Positions 46,363-55,611 of a stretch of DNA of 64,000 nucleotides are shown here, in pieces; the stretch's first letter is position 1, and each line of letters begins with the position of its first letter. Source of the stretch: Mycobacteriales bacterium (GTDB lineage Bacteria > Actinomycetota > Actinomycetes > Mycobacteriales > JBJMIH01). The position numbers and the translations under genes were made by a program. The notes beneath the pieces are model-generated. The model saw only the letters and a program-made list of their open reading frames with translations, was not told the origin of the DNA and did no database searches. The DNA is taken from assembly GCA_045806985.1 (NCBI GenBank), contig JBJMIH010000166.1, forward strand, positions 7,567 through 71,566, written 5' to 3'.

Positions 46363-47532
46363 GTGACCAGTACTGACATCGAGCCGTTCCGTATCGACAT
46401 CCCGCAGGCCGACGTGGACGACCTCCGCGACAGGCTCCGCCGTACCCGGTGGGGCACCGGGGAGATCCCCGGCGCGGGCTGGAGCCGTGGCGTTCCCGTC
46501 GACTACCTGCGGCAGCTCGTCGCGTACTGGGCCGACGGCTACGACTGGCGCGCGCAGGAGGCGCGGCTGAACGAGCTGCCCCAGTTCCGTACCGAGATCG
46601 ACGGGCAGCCCTTCCACTTCGCGCACGTGCGGTCCGCCAACCCCGACGCGGTCCCGTTGCTGCTCACCCACGACTGGCCCGGCTCGTTCGTGGTGTTCCT
46701 CGAGGCGGTCGAGCCGCTGTCGGCCGACTTCCACCTGGTGCTCACCACGCTTCCCGGGATCGGCTTCTCCGGCCCGCTGACCGGCGCCGGCTGGCACACC
46801 GGGAAGATCGCGAGCGGTTTCGTGGAGCTGATGGCCCGGCTGGGGTACGACCGGTACGGCGTGCAGGGCCAGGGCGGCGGCGCCTGGTACGCGCTGGAGA
46901 TGGCCCGCCAGGACCCGGAGCGCGTCATCGGGGTGCACGCCAACGGCCTGCTCACCTTCCCGTCGGAGGACCCGGCCGACTTCGCCGGTCTCACCGAGGC
47001 CGAGCAGGAGCGGCTGGGCAGGTTGCAGCACTTCCGGGACGACATGATGGGCTTCAACGTCCTCCAGTCGACCCGCCCGCACACGCTCGCGCACGCGCTG
47101 ACCGACTCGCCGGCCGGGCAGCTGGCCTGGATCGCGGAGAAGTTCAAGGAGTGGACCGACCCGGCCGCCGACCTGCCGGAGGACGCCGTCGACCGGGACC
47201 TGCTGCTCACCAACGTGAGCCTGTACTGGTTCACCCGCACGGCCGGCTCGTCGGCCAACCTGTACTACGAGATGAACCACGACCCGGGCGCGTGGGCGCC
47301 GAAGGAGCGGATCGCCGCCCCGATCGGGGTCGCGCTGGCCAAGGGCACCGACATCACCGTCCGCCGGTTCGCCGAGCGCGACGGTACGGTCACCCGCTGG
47401 ACCGAACTGGACCGCGGCGGCAACTTCCTGCCGCTGGAGCAGCCCGCCGCGTACGCCGACGACGTCCGCGCGTTCTTCGCCGGCATCCGGGACGGTGACC
47501 TGTCCGTTTCACGACAGCGGCCGGCGGGATGA
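46363..47532 (+). CDS. epoxide hydrolase-like alpha/beta-fold protein with substituted catalytic residues
   Basis: The N-terminal EHN-type IEPFRIDIPQADVDDLRDRLRRTRW is intact. HDWPGSF replaces HGWPGSF, GQGGGAWYA replaces GGDWG, and GGNFLPLEQP replaces GGHFAA.E.P. Confidence 0.8.
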   Translation: MTSTDIEPFRIDIPQADVDDLRDRLRRTRWGTGEIPGAGWSRGVPVDYLRQLVAYWADGYDWRAQEARLNELPQFRTEIDGQPFHFAHVRSANPDAVPLLLTHDWPGSFVVFLEAVEPLSADFHLVLTTLPGIGFSGPLTGAGWHTGKIASGFVELMARLGYDRYGVQGQGGGAWYALEMARQDPERVIGVHANGLLTFPSEDPADFAGLTEAEQERLGRLQHFRDDMMGFNVLQSTRPHTLAHALTDSPAGQLAWIAEKFKEWTDPAADLPEDAVDRDLLLTNVSLYWFTRTAGSSANLYYEMNHDPGAWAPKERIAAPIGVALAKGTDITVRRFAERDGTVTRWTELDRGGNFLPLEQPAAYADDVRAFFAGIRDGDLSVSRQRPAG

Positions 47533-47572
47533 CGGCTCACGACCGGCGCCGGCGGGCTCCTACCCTGTCGCC

Positions 47573-47971
47573 ATGAGTGATCCGATCAAAGTCTTCGCCG
47601 TCATCGTGCTGCTGTCGTTGCCGACCGTCATGTTCGGCGGGTTCTCGCTGCTCAGACTGCTCGGCCGGGGCAAGCTGACGGACTTCCAGACGAACTGGTT
47701 CCGGGCCGGCCACGCCCACGCCGGGGTGTTGCTGGTGATGTCGCTGGCCGTGCTGGACATGCTGGCCCGTACCGACAGCGGCGACGGGCTGCGCTGGCTG
47801 ATCGGCTGCCTGCTCGCGGCCGGCGCGCTGGCCCAGTCCGGCGGCATGTTCGTGCACATGGCGATCGGCCGTCCCGGCAGGTGGTCGCACGGCAACTCCC
47901 TCACCACCGCCGGCGGCCTCGCGCTCGCCGCCGGCCTCATCCTGACCGCGTACGCCGTCCTTGCCACCTGA
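47573..47971 (+). CDS. small integral membrane protein (4 TM)
   Basis: ATG 47573. Four hydrophobic helices. Confidence 0.6.
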   Translation: MSDPIKVFAVIVLLSLPTVMFGGFSLLRLLGRGKLTDFQTNWFRAGHAHAGVLLVMSLAVLDMLARTDSGDGLRWLIGCLLAAGALAQSGGMFVHMAIGRPGRWSHGNSLTTAGGLALAAGLILTAYAVLAT

Positions 47972-48070
47972 CCCGCGGTCACCCCGTCCGGCTCTGGTGA
48001 TCTCGACCCACCGGCGGGGAGCGCGGGGAGCGTGCCCCGGCGGTTTCGCCGCGTGCACATACTGGACGGC

Positions 48071-48685
48071 ATGACGGAAGCATCGGTGCGGGTCGACGGC
48101 CGCTCGCGGCGGGCCGAGCGGACCCGGCGCGCGATCGTCGACGCGCTCCTCGCGCTGCTGGACGAGGGCAACATGAAGATCAGCGCCGGCCGCATCGCCG
48201 AGCGGGCCGGGGTGTCGCTCCGCGCGCTGTGGACGAACTTCCGGGACATGGAGACGCTGTACGCGGCGGCCGGCCAGCGGATGCTGGAGTTGCAGCGGGC
48301 CGAGTACCGGCCGGTGCCGCCGGACCTGCCGCTGCGCGCGAAGGTGGAGGCGTTCTGCCGGCAGCGCTGCCGGATGCTGGAGATCATGGCGCCGGCCGCC
48401 AGGGTGGCCCACCTGTGGCAGCCGTACTCGCCGCAGCTGCGGCGCAACCGCGCGATCCAGATCGCCTGGGTGCGCGAGGAGATCGACGACCTGTTCGGGC
48501 ACGAGCTCGACACCGCCGGTGACGGCCGCGACCGGCTGCGCGACGCGGTACTGGTCGCCACCACGTTCAACTGGTGGCAGATGGCCCACGACGAGCTGGG
48601 CCTCGGCGACGACGAGGTACGCGAGCTGATGGTGCGGACGGTGACGTCGCTGCTGGTGACCGCGTTCGCCGCCAGCGTGGGCTAG
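48071..48685 (+). CDS. TetR-family transcriptional regulator
   Basis: RTRRAIVDALLALLDEGNMKISAGRIAERAGVSLRALWTNF HTH. Its TAG stop is part of the CTAG at the IS junction. Confidence 0.8.
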   Translation: MTEASVRVDGRSRRAERTRRAIVDALLALLDEGNMKISAGRIAERAGVSLRALWTNFRDMETLYAAAGQRMLELQRAEYRPVPPDLPLRAKVEAFCRQRCRMLEIMAPAARVAHLWQPYSPQLRRNRAIQIAWVREEIDDLFGHELDTAGDGRDRLRDAVLVATTFNWWQMAHDELGLGDDEVRELMVRTVTSLLVTAFAASVG

Positions 48686-48726
48686 GTTGTGTCTTGCGGA
48701 TCTTGGTGTTGGGTCGTTGTTTGGGT

Positions 48727-49074
48727 ATGGCGCGAGGTGATCTGAGTAATCGGGAGTGGGCTGTGTTGGCGCCGTTGTTGCCGGCGCAGCCGGTGCGGGG
48801 TGGCCGGTGGCGGGATCATCGCCAGGTCATCAACGGGATCTGTTGGGTGAAGCGGACCGGTTCACCGTGGCGGGATCTGCCGGAGCGGTACGGGCCGTGG
48901 AAGACCGCCTATCAGCGGTTTCGTCGTTGGGCGGCGGATGGGACGTGGGCGGCGTTGAAAGCCCACGTCATCGCCTTGGCCGAGCTGGATGACCAACTGG
49001 ACTGGCGTGCTCAGGCCGACAGCAGTGTCATCCGGACTCATCAGCATGCCGCCGGGGCGGCTAAAAGGGGTTGA
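48727..49074 (+). CDS. IS5-family transposase OrfA (DUF4096-type HTH part)
   Basis: DLSNREWAVLAPLLP..GRWRDHRQVINGICWVKRTGSPWRDLPERYGPWKTAYQRFRRW. An A4G slippery run at 49063-49067 allows a -1 shift into OrfB. Confidence 0.8.
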   Translation: MARGDLSNREWAVLAPLLPAQPVRGGRWRDHRQVINGICWVKRTGSPWRDLPERYGPWKTAYQRFRRWAADGTWAALKAHVIALAELDDQLDWRAQADSSVIRTHQHAAGAAKRG

Positions 49075-49520
49075 GCAAGACCGAGGCGCAGGCACGGGAG
49101 GGTATCGGCCGTTCCCGTGGCGGCCTGACCACCAAGATCCACACCTTGGCTGACGGGCGTGGCCGTTCGCTGGCCACCCGCATCACACCTGGCCAGGCGG
49201 CCGACACCCGGCAGCTGATCCCGCTGTTGAACCAGGTGCGGGTCGCCCGCCCCGCCGGGGTGGGTCGCCCGCGTACCCGACCGGTCTCACTCACCGCGGA
49301 CAAGGCCTACTCCTCGGCCGCCAACCGCAAAGCACTACGGGACAAGCACATCACCGCCGTCATCCCCGAGCCCAACGATCAGATCGCCAACCGGAAGCGG
49401 CGCGGCAGCCGCGGCGGGCGCCCACCGGCCTTCGACCCGGCCGCCTACAAGCGCCGCAACCAGGTCGAGCGTGGCTTCAACCGACGTAAACACTGGCGTG
49501 GCCTGGCTACCCGCTACGAC

Positions 49521-50871
49521 TGTGAGGATCTTGGGGTGCCGTCCCGGGTCGTGGTCTGACTCGCGCTATGACTGGCCTGCGGTGCCTTGAGTTTGATCTG
49601 TCGGCCGCTGGCTCGGGGCGGTGCGTGCTGTGGCCGGTCCGGTGGGGCGTGTCCCGATAGGAGCCTTGCCGCTAACAGGGCACCATCACAGTCCTGACCG
49701 CCCCTGCCGGCCCGGCGACGGCCACCGTTCCCTGAGCCGAGTAGGAGACCAGCGACCGTGACCAGCATGCCCCAGCAGTCCCCCGCCAGCCAGCAGGACC
49801 CGGACGCCGAACAGGTGGTGTTGGGGGTGGACACCCACAAGGACCTGCACGTCGCGGCGGTGATCACCATGGTGGGTGCGGTGCTGGCCAGCAGGACGTT
49901 CCCGACGACCGCGACCGGCTACGGTCAGCTGCTGGCCTGGGCGCGCAGGTTCGGGACACTGCGACGGGCCGGGGTGGAGTGCACCGGTTCCTACGGGGCA
50001 GGGCTGGCACGTTACCTGCTGGCAGCAGGAGTCGAGGTGGTCGAGGTCAACCAGCCTGACAAGGCCACCCGCCGCCGGCGCGGCAAGACAGACACCCTCG
50101 ACGCCGAGGCCGCCGCCCAAGCCGTGCTGTCGGGCCGGGCGAGCGGCGCGGCCAAGACCGGCCAAGGCCCGGTAGAGATGATCCGCATGTTCAAGCTGGC
50201 CAAGACCTCAGCCATCAAGTCCCGCACCCAGGCAATCAACCAGCTCAAAGCCGTACTCGTGGCCGGCGACTCCACACTGCGCGAAGCCCTGGCCGGGCTG
50301 TCCAACCCCCACCTCATCCGCGCCTGCACCCGCCTCGAGGCCATCGTCCCGACCGATCCCACCACGGCCGCGGCCTACACCCTGCGGCTGCTGGCCGACC
50401 GGATCTGCCACCTCACCGACCAGATCAACGACCTCAACGCCCGACTGCACGACACCATCACCGCCCATGCCCCCAAGCTGCTCGACCATCGCGGCGTGGG
50501 TCCCGACACCGCCGCGGCCCTGCTCATCGCCGCAGGCGACAACCCCGACCGACTCCACCACGAGGCATCCTTCGCCGCCCTGTGCGGCACCAGCCCGGTC
50601 CAAGCATCCTCCGGCAAAACCCAACGACTGCGCCTCAACCGCGGCGGGAACCGCCAAGCCAACACCGCCCTGCACACCATCACCCTGTCCCGACTTCGCT
50701 GGGACCTCACCACCCGCGCCTACCTGCAACGACGCATCACAGAAGGCAAGACCCGACGAGAAGCCATCCGCTGCCTCAAGCGCTACATCGCCCGTGAGCT
50801 CTACCGCACCATCACGACCCCACCCAAGCCCGCCACCCAGGCCACCACACCTTGACATCCATAGGGGCATC
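49521..50871 (+). mobile_element. IS110-family insertion sequence
   Basis: A ~1.35-kb block precisely interrupts the IS5 transposase codon series between RYD and KLAAHY. No obvious terminal inverted repeats or target duplication, as is usual for IS110. Boundaries are good to a few nt. Confidence 0.8.
49758..50855 (+). CDS. IS110-family DEDD transposase
   Basis: 365 aa. VLGVDTHKDLHVAAV, GVECTGSYG, HRGVGPDTAAALLIAAGD, FAALCGTSPVQASSGKTQR.RLNRGGNRQAN. Confidence 0.9.
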   Translation: MTSMPQQSPASQQDPDAEQVVLGVDTHKDLHVAAVITMVGAVLASRTFPTTATGYGQLLAWARRFGTLRRAGVECTGSYGAGLARYLLAAGVEVVEVNQPDKATRRRRGKTDTLDAEAAAQAVLSGRASGAAKTGQGPVEMIRMFKLAKTSAIKSRTQAINQLKAVLVAGDSTLREALAGLSNPHLIRACTRLEAIVPTDPTTAAAYTLRLLADRICHLTDQINDLNARLHDTITAHAPKLLDHRGVGPDTAAALLIAAGDNPDRLHHEASFAALCGTSPVQASSGKTQRLRLNRGGNRQANTALHTITLSRLRWDLTTRAYLQRRITEGKTRREAIRCLKRYIARELYRTITTPPKPATQATTP

Positions 50872-51034
50872 AAGCTCGCCGCCCACTACCAAGCCACCCT
50901 CGACCTCATCGAAACCCTCGACTGGCTCCGCGCCGCTCCCGACAACCAAGATCCACGAGACAGCACCTAGCCATCCGGCGGCCGTCGCCATAACATTTCC
51001 GCACTGACTGTGCATATTTGTGCGGGGAGCCGCG

Positions 51035-52015
51035 ATGGTCGAGGTGCCGACGGTGCGAGGCCCTGTCGACCCGGCCAGCCTCGGCACCACCCTGATGCAC
51101 GAGCACGTCTTCGTGCTCACCGCCGACGTTCAGCGCAACTACCCGGAGGGCTGGGACGAGCCGGCCCGGATCGCCGACGCGGTGGCCCGGCTGACCGAGC
51201 TGCGCGCGGCCGGCGTGGACACCATCGTCGATCCGACCGTGATCGGGCTGGGCCGCGACATCCCGCTCATCCAGCGGATCAACGCCGAGGTGGCCGACCT
51301 CAACATCGTCGTGGCGACCGGCGTGTACACCTACCGCGACGCCCCGTACTACTTCCGCTTCCGCGGTCCCGCCGTCCATCCCGACCTGCCCGAACCGATG
51401 GTCGACATGTTCGTGCGCGACCTGACCGCGGGCATCGCCGGCACCCGGGTGCGGGCGGCGTTCCTCAAGTGCGCGATCGACGAGCCCGGCCTCACCCCCG
51501 ACGTGGACCGGATCCTGCGGGCGGTGGCCGAGGCGCACCGCCGTACCGGCGCGCCGGTGATGGTGCACACCCATCCCGGCACCCGGCGCGGCCTGGACGT
51601 GCTTCGGGTACTGGTCAACGAGGAGGGTCTCGACCCGCGCCGGGTGCTGCTCGCGCACAGCGGCGACACCACCGACACCGATCACCTCTGCCACCTGGCC
51701 GACACCGGGTTCCTGCTGGGCATGGACCGGTTCGGCCTGGACACCGAGCTGCCGGCCGCCGACCGGCTGGCCGTCGTGGTGGAGATGGTGCGGCGCGGGT
51801 ACGCCGGCCAGCTCGTGCTCTCCCACGACGCGTCCTGCCACCTCGACTGGGTCGACCCGGCGCTGCTCGCCGCCTTGCCCGACTGGAACTACCTGCACAT
51901 ACACCGCAACATCCTGCCGGCGTTGCGCGAGCGGGGCGTCACCGACGACCAGATCCGCCAGATGCTGGTCGACAACCCGCGCCGGTACTTCGAGAGCAGC
52001 GGAGACCCGACATGA
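51035..52015 (+). CDS. phosphotriesterase-related (PTE/PHP amidohydrolase) protein
   Basis: TLMHEHVF metal-binding HxH, FLKCAID, VMVHTH, VLSHD. Confidence 0.8.
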   Translation: MVEVPTVRGPVDPASLGTTLMHEHVFVLTADVQRNYPEGWDEPARIADAVARLTELRAAGVDTIVDPTVIGLGRDIPLIQRINAEVADLNIVVATGVYTYRDAPYYFRFRGPAVHPDLPEPMVDMFVRDLTAGIAGTRVRAAFLKCAIDEPGLTPDVDRILRAVAEAHRRTGAPVMVHTHPGTRRGLDVLRVLVNEEGLDPRRVLLAHSGDTTDTDHLCHLADTGFLLGMDRFGLDTELPAADRLAVVVEMVRRGYAGQLVLSHDASCHLDWVDPALLAALPDWNYLHIHRNILPALRERGVTDDQIRQMLVDNPRRYFESSGDPT

Positions 52016-53517
52016 CGGTACTGGAGCCGTTCGACTCCACCGGCGTCGAACGCGACAGCGACGGGGTGAAGCGGTACACCGACCTGGGCGCCGACTCGGT
52101 GGTGGCGGCGCTGCGCGCCAGCGTCGAGAACGACCCCGAGCAGGAGGCGGTGGTCGAGCTGGACGGGCCGCGGCTGACCTACCGGCAGCTCTGGGACGGC
52201 GCGGCCCGGGTCGCCGGCGGGCTGCGCGCGGCCGGTGTCGGACGCGGCGACCGGGTGGCGATCCGGTACGGCAACGGCGCCGACTGGGTACGGGCGTTCT
52301 TCGGCACGCTGCTGGCCGGCGGGGTCGCCGTGCCGGTCAACACCCGGCTGGCCGAACCCGAGGTCGACTACGTCGTCGGCGACTGCGCGGCCAGCGCCGT
52401 GCTCGCGCCGGGCGCGCCGCTGCCGGACGGGCCGCCGTACGCGGTCGAGGACCTGGCGCCGGGCGAGGTGGCCGCGATCTTCTACACCTCGGGCACCACC
52501 GGGCGGCCCAAGGGCGCCATGACCACGCACGAGAACTTCCTCACCAACGCGGAGAACGCGCTGCGGGTCTGCGGCATCCCGCGCGAGGACCCGACCGTGC
52601 GCAACCTGGTCTCGGTGCCGCTGTTCCACGTCACCGGCTGCAACAGCCAGCTGCTGCCGGCGCTGCGGGAGGGTGGCACGTGCGTGGTCATGCCGGTCTT
52701 CCAGGTGGACGCGTTCCTGCGCGCCATCGTGGCCGAGCGGATCCGGGTGGTCACGTCGGTGCCGGCGGTGTACTGGTACGCGCTGCACCACCCGCGGTTC
52801 GCCGAGTTCGACCTGTCCGGTGTGGACTGGGCGACGTACGGCGGCGCGCCGATGGCCCCGGCGCTGGTGCGGCGCATCAAGGACGGCTTCCCGAACGCCG
52901 AGGTCGGCAACGGTTTCGGGCTGACCGAGACGTCCTCCATCGCGACGTACCTGCCCGACACCTGGTCCTCCAGCCATCCCGACTCGGTCGGCTTCGCCGC
53001 GCCCACCGTCGACCTGCGCCTGGAGGACATCGGCGCTGGCGTCGCCGGCGAGCTGCTCATCCGCGGCGGCAACGTGGTACCCGGCTACTGGGACAAGCCG
53101 GCAGCGACGGCGGCCGCGTTCCGCGACGGCTGGCTGCGCAGCGGCGACCTGGCCCGCGTCGACGACGAGGGCAGGGTGTACATCGTCGACCGCGTCAAGG
53201 ACATGATCAACCGGGGCGGCGAGAACGTGTACTCGGTGGAGGTGGAGAACGTCCTCGCCGGCGCGCCCGGCGTCTTCGACGTCGCGGTGCTGGCCGTGCC
53301 CGACGAGATGATGGGCGAGAAGGTCGGGGCGGTCGTCGTCGCCGAACCCGGCCACGACCTCGACACCGACGCGGTACTCGGCTACGCCCGCGAGCGCCTC
53401 GCCGACTTCAAGGTCCCCCAGTACCTGCACGTCCGGACCGACCCGCTGCCCCGCAACCCCAACGGCAAGATCCTCAAGTCCCGCCTCCGCAACCAAACCC
53501 CCTGGACCCCCACGTAA
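52012..53517 (+). CDS. AMP-dependent synthetase/ligase (acyl-CoA synthetase family)
   Basis: ATGA overlap with the PTE stop. YTSGTTGRPKG AMP motif, GYWDKP, SGDLARVDDEGRVYIVDRVKDMI, and PRNPNGKILK at the end. Confidence 0.85.
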   Translation: MTVLEPFDSTGVERDSDGVKRYTDLGADSVVAALRASVENDPEQEAVVELDGPRLTYRQLWDGAARVAGGLRAAGVGRGDRVAIRYGNGADWVRAFFGTLLAGGVAVPVNTRLAEPEVDYVVGDCAASAVLAPGAPLPDGPPYAVEDLAPGEVAAIFYTSGTTGRPKGAMTTHENFLTNAENALRVCGIPREDPTVRNLVSVPLFHVTGCNSQLLPALREGGTCVVMPVFQVDAFLRAIVAERIRVVTSVPAVYWYALHHPRFAEFDLSGVDWATYGGAPMAPALVRRIKDGFPNAEVGNGFGLTETSSIATYLPDTWSSSHPDSVGFAAPTVDLRLEDIGAGVAGELLIRGGNVVPGYWDKPAATAAAFRDGWLRSGDLARVDDEGRVYIVDRVKDMINRGGENVYSVEVENVLAGAPGVFDVAVLAVPDEMMGEKVGAVVVAEPGHDLDTDAVLGYARERLADFKVPQYLHVRTDPLPRNPNGKILKSRLRNQTPWTPT

Positions 53518-53580
53518 ACGTGGTGGCCCTTGGCCGCCATGGCCGTTGCCGGGGTCATAATGTATTTGTTATATTCGGTC

Positions 53581-53962
53581 ATGCCATGGCTGCTGGTCAT
53601 CCATCCCGAGGTACGAGAGTGGCTGCATCGGATCCGTAAGGCCGATCGTGAGACGGCGGCCCTGATCGGGCAGGCGATCCATCATGTGATCAACGGCCGT
53701 GGTCCCGACGAAGGTCGCCCGCTCGTGGACCGGATCGCTCGCAGCCAGCTACTCAATCTCAAAGAACTGCGGCCCGCCAGCACGGGCGAGAGCGCGGTCC
53801 GGATTCTGTTTGTCTTCGACCGGGAGAGACAGATGGTGCTGCTGGTCGCGGGCGACAAGTCCGGCAGCTGGAACCGCTGGTACGACGGCTGTCCCGCTCG
53901 CTGAAGCTCGCTATGCGGAGCACCTGCCAGCCCTTGACGACGACGAGGGGGGATCGAGATGA
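53581..53962 (+). pseudogene. HigB/Gp49-like (RelE/ParE superfamily) toxin with a 3' frameshift
   Basis: ATG 53581 after an AT-rich TTGTTATATT stretch. ..LKELRPASTGESAVRILFVFDRERQMVLLVAGDKSGSWNRWY then terminates as DGCPAR-stop (53904). The family-typical tail TAVPLAEARYAEHL... lies in the +1 frame and ends in a TGA that overlaps the antitoxin ATG (ATGA at 53959-62). Confidence 0.55.
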
Positions 53963-54294
53963 CGAAGAAGACGGCGGCGGGGTGGCACGCGTACGAGAAC
54001 GTTGGCGAGCTGCTGAAGGAACTTGAGCTCACCGACGAGGACATGGCGCGCGCCCGTGAGGTGACCGACGACCACATCCACGCCTGGCACCTGGCGCAGG
54101 TCCGCGCCGAGCAGGATCGGACGCAGGCTGACGTCGCCCAGGCGATGGGTGTCAAGCAGCCCCGTGTCTCGGCGATCGAGCGTGGCGAACTGGATACGGT
54201 CACGCTCGCGACGCTGCGAGCGTACGTGCGTGCACTGGGCGGAAAGCTCTGTGTCGTGGCGGATTTCGGCGACCGTGAGTACAGGCTGACCTGA
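53959..54294 (+). CDS. XRE-family HTH antitoxin (HigA-like)
   Basis: 111 aa. LAQVRAEQDRTQADVAQAMGVKQPRVSAIERGE HTH. Confidence 0.75.
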   Translation: MTKKTAAGWHAYENVGELLKELELTDEDMARAREVTDDHIHAWHLAQVRAEQDRTQADVAQAMGVKQPRVSAIERGELDTVTLATLRAYVRALGGKLCVVADFGDREYRLT

Positions 54295-54372
54295 GGTCCG
54301 AGTGCCGGCGTTCACGTAGACGTGGTGGCCGCTCCGGACCTTGGAAGGTCCGGAGCGGCCGCGGTTGGTGGG

Positions 54373-55611
54373 TCAGGGGGTGGCCAGGGCTTCGGTGGGG
54401 GCCAGGCGGGAGGCGCGGATGGCGGGGTAGAGGCCGGCGACCGCGCCGAGTACCAGGGTGACGCCGACGCCGCCCGCCATCACCCAGACCGGTACCACCG
54501 TGGGCCAGCTCTGGGTGGTGGAGTACACGGCGGTGACGATGGTGCCGAGCAGCACGCCGCCGAACCCGCCCAGCGCGCACAGCAGCAGCGACTCGGCGAG
54601 GAACTGGAGCCGGATCTGCCCCTTGGTCGCGCCCAGGGAGCGGCGCAGGCCGATCTCGGAACGCCGTTCCAGCACCGAGATCACCATCGTGTTGGCCACC
54701 CCGACACCGCCGACCAGCAGCGCGACCGCGCCGAGGCCGAGCAGCAGCCCGGTGAAGGCCTTGTCCGTGGCCTGCTTGGCGGCCAGCGCGTCCGACGGGC
54801 GGGACACCTTGACCTCGTTCGGGTTCTCCGGGTTCGCGGTCGAGCCGAGCACCGCCGCCACATCCTCGACCGCGTCCTGCCGGGTCCGGGTGTACACGGT
54901 GGTGGCGTACCCGTCGAAGCCGAGCTGCGCGGTGGCGACCGGCCAGCCGACCAGCGCCGACCAGTCCAGTTCCGGCGCCAGCGGCACCGGGTCCAGGACG
55001 CCGACCACCGAGAACCACCGCCCGCCCAGCCAGACCAGGATGTCCGGCCCGGCAGCGCCGATGCCGAGCTGGTCGGCGGCCCGGCGGCCCAGCACCACCG
55101 CGGGGTACCGGGCGGAGGCCGCGTTGAGCCACCGTCCGTCCGCGATCGTCGCCCCGACCGTCGACGGCAGGTTGAGGTTGGCGGCCAGCACCGAGATGCT
55201 GCCGGTCTCGGCGGTCGGGATGTGGTCGTTGCGGTACACCTTGGCGCCGGAGACCTGCCCGGTCGCGGCCACCGACCGGACCGGCCCGATCCGGTGGATC
55301 ATCGGTACCGCCGAGGTCGGCAGGTGCGAGTCCTTGCCGAACAGCGTCTGTCCGGGCGCGACGGTGAGCAGGTTGGTACCCAGCCGGTCCAGCGTGCGTT
55401 TCAGGTCGGCGCGGCTGGACGTGGAGATCCCCACCACGGACACCATGGCGGCGATCCCGATCGCGATCCCCAGCGCCGACAGGAACACCCGGGTCGGCCG
55501 CGCCCGCAGGCCGGCGCCGCCGACCCGCACCACGTCGCCGGGCCGCAGCCGGCTCGGCCGCAACGCCCGCCGCCGGCCGCCGGCCGGGTTCTCGATGAGC
55601 GCGCCGTTCAT
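54373..55611 (-). CDS. ABC transporter permease (MacB/FtsX-type)
   Basis: N-terminal TM, a large extracytoplasmic domain and a C-terminal FtsX 3-TM module ([14 protein letters not shown]). ATGA overlap with the ATPase stop. Confidence 0.85.
   Translation of the reverse strand: MNGALIENPAGGRRRALRPSRLRPGDVVRVGGAGLRARPTRVFLSALGIAIGIAAMVSVVGISTSSRADLKRTLDRLGTNLLTVAPGQTLFGKDSHLPTSAVPMIHRIGPVRSVAATGQVSGAKVYRNDHIPTAETGSISVLAANLNLPSTVGATIADGRWLNAASARYPAVVLGRRAADQLGIGAAGPDILVWLGGRWFSVVGVLDPVPLAPELDWSALVGWPVATAQLGFDGYATTVYTRTRQDAVEDVAAVLGSTANPENPNEVKVSRPSDALAAKQATDKAFTGLLLGLGAVALLVGGVGVANTMVISVLERRSEIGLRRSLGATKGQIRLQFLAESLLLCALGGFGGVLLGTIVTAVYSTTQSWPTVVPVWVMAGGVGVTLVLGAVAGLYPAIRASRLAPTEALATP

Larger units (their letters stand above)
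48685..50967 (+). mobile_element. IS5-family insertion sequence (IS427/IS1031-like), interrupted by an IS110-family element
   Basis: Imperfect terminal inverted repeats: GGTTGTGTCTTGCGGATCTTGGTG at the left, versus the reverse complement of the right end GGTGCTGTCTCGTGGATCTTGGTT. TA dinucleotides flank both ends (48683-84 and 50968-69) within a CTAG context. About 0.93 kb remains once the insert is removed. Confidence 0.8.
49065..50970 (+). pseudogene. IS5-family transposase OrfB (DDE domain) split by the IS110 insertion
   Basis: The frame carries ADKAYSS...IPEP...NQVERGFNRRKHWRGLATRYD up to 49520. The expected continuation KLAAHYQATLDLIETLDWL...-TAG resumes at 50872. Confidence 0.75.
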
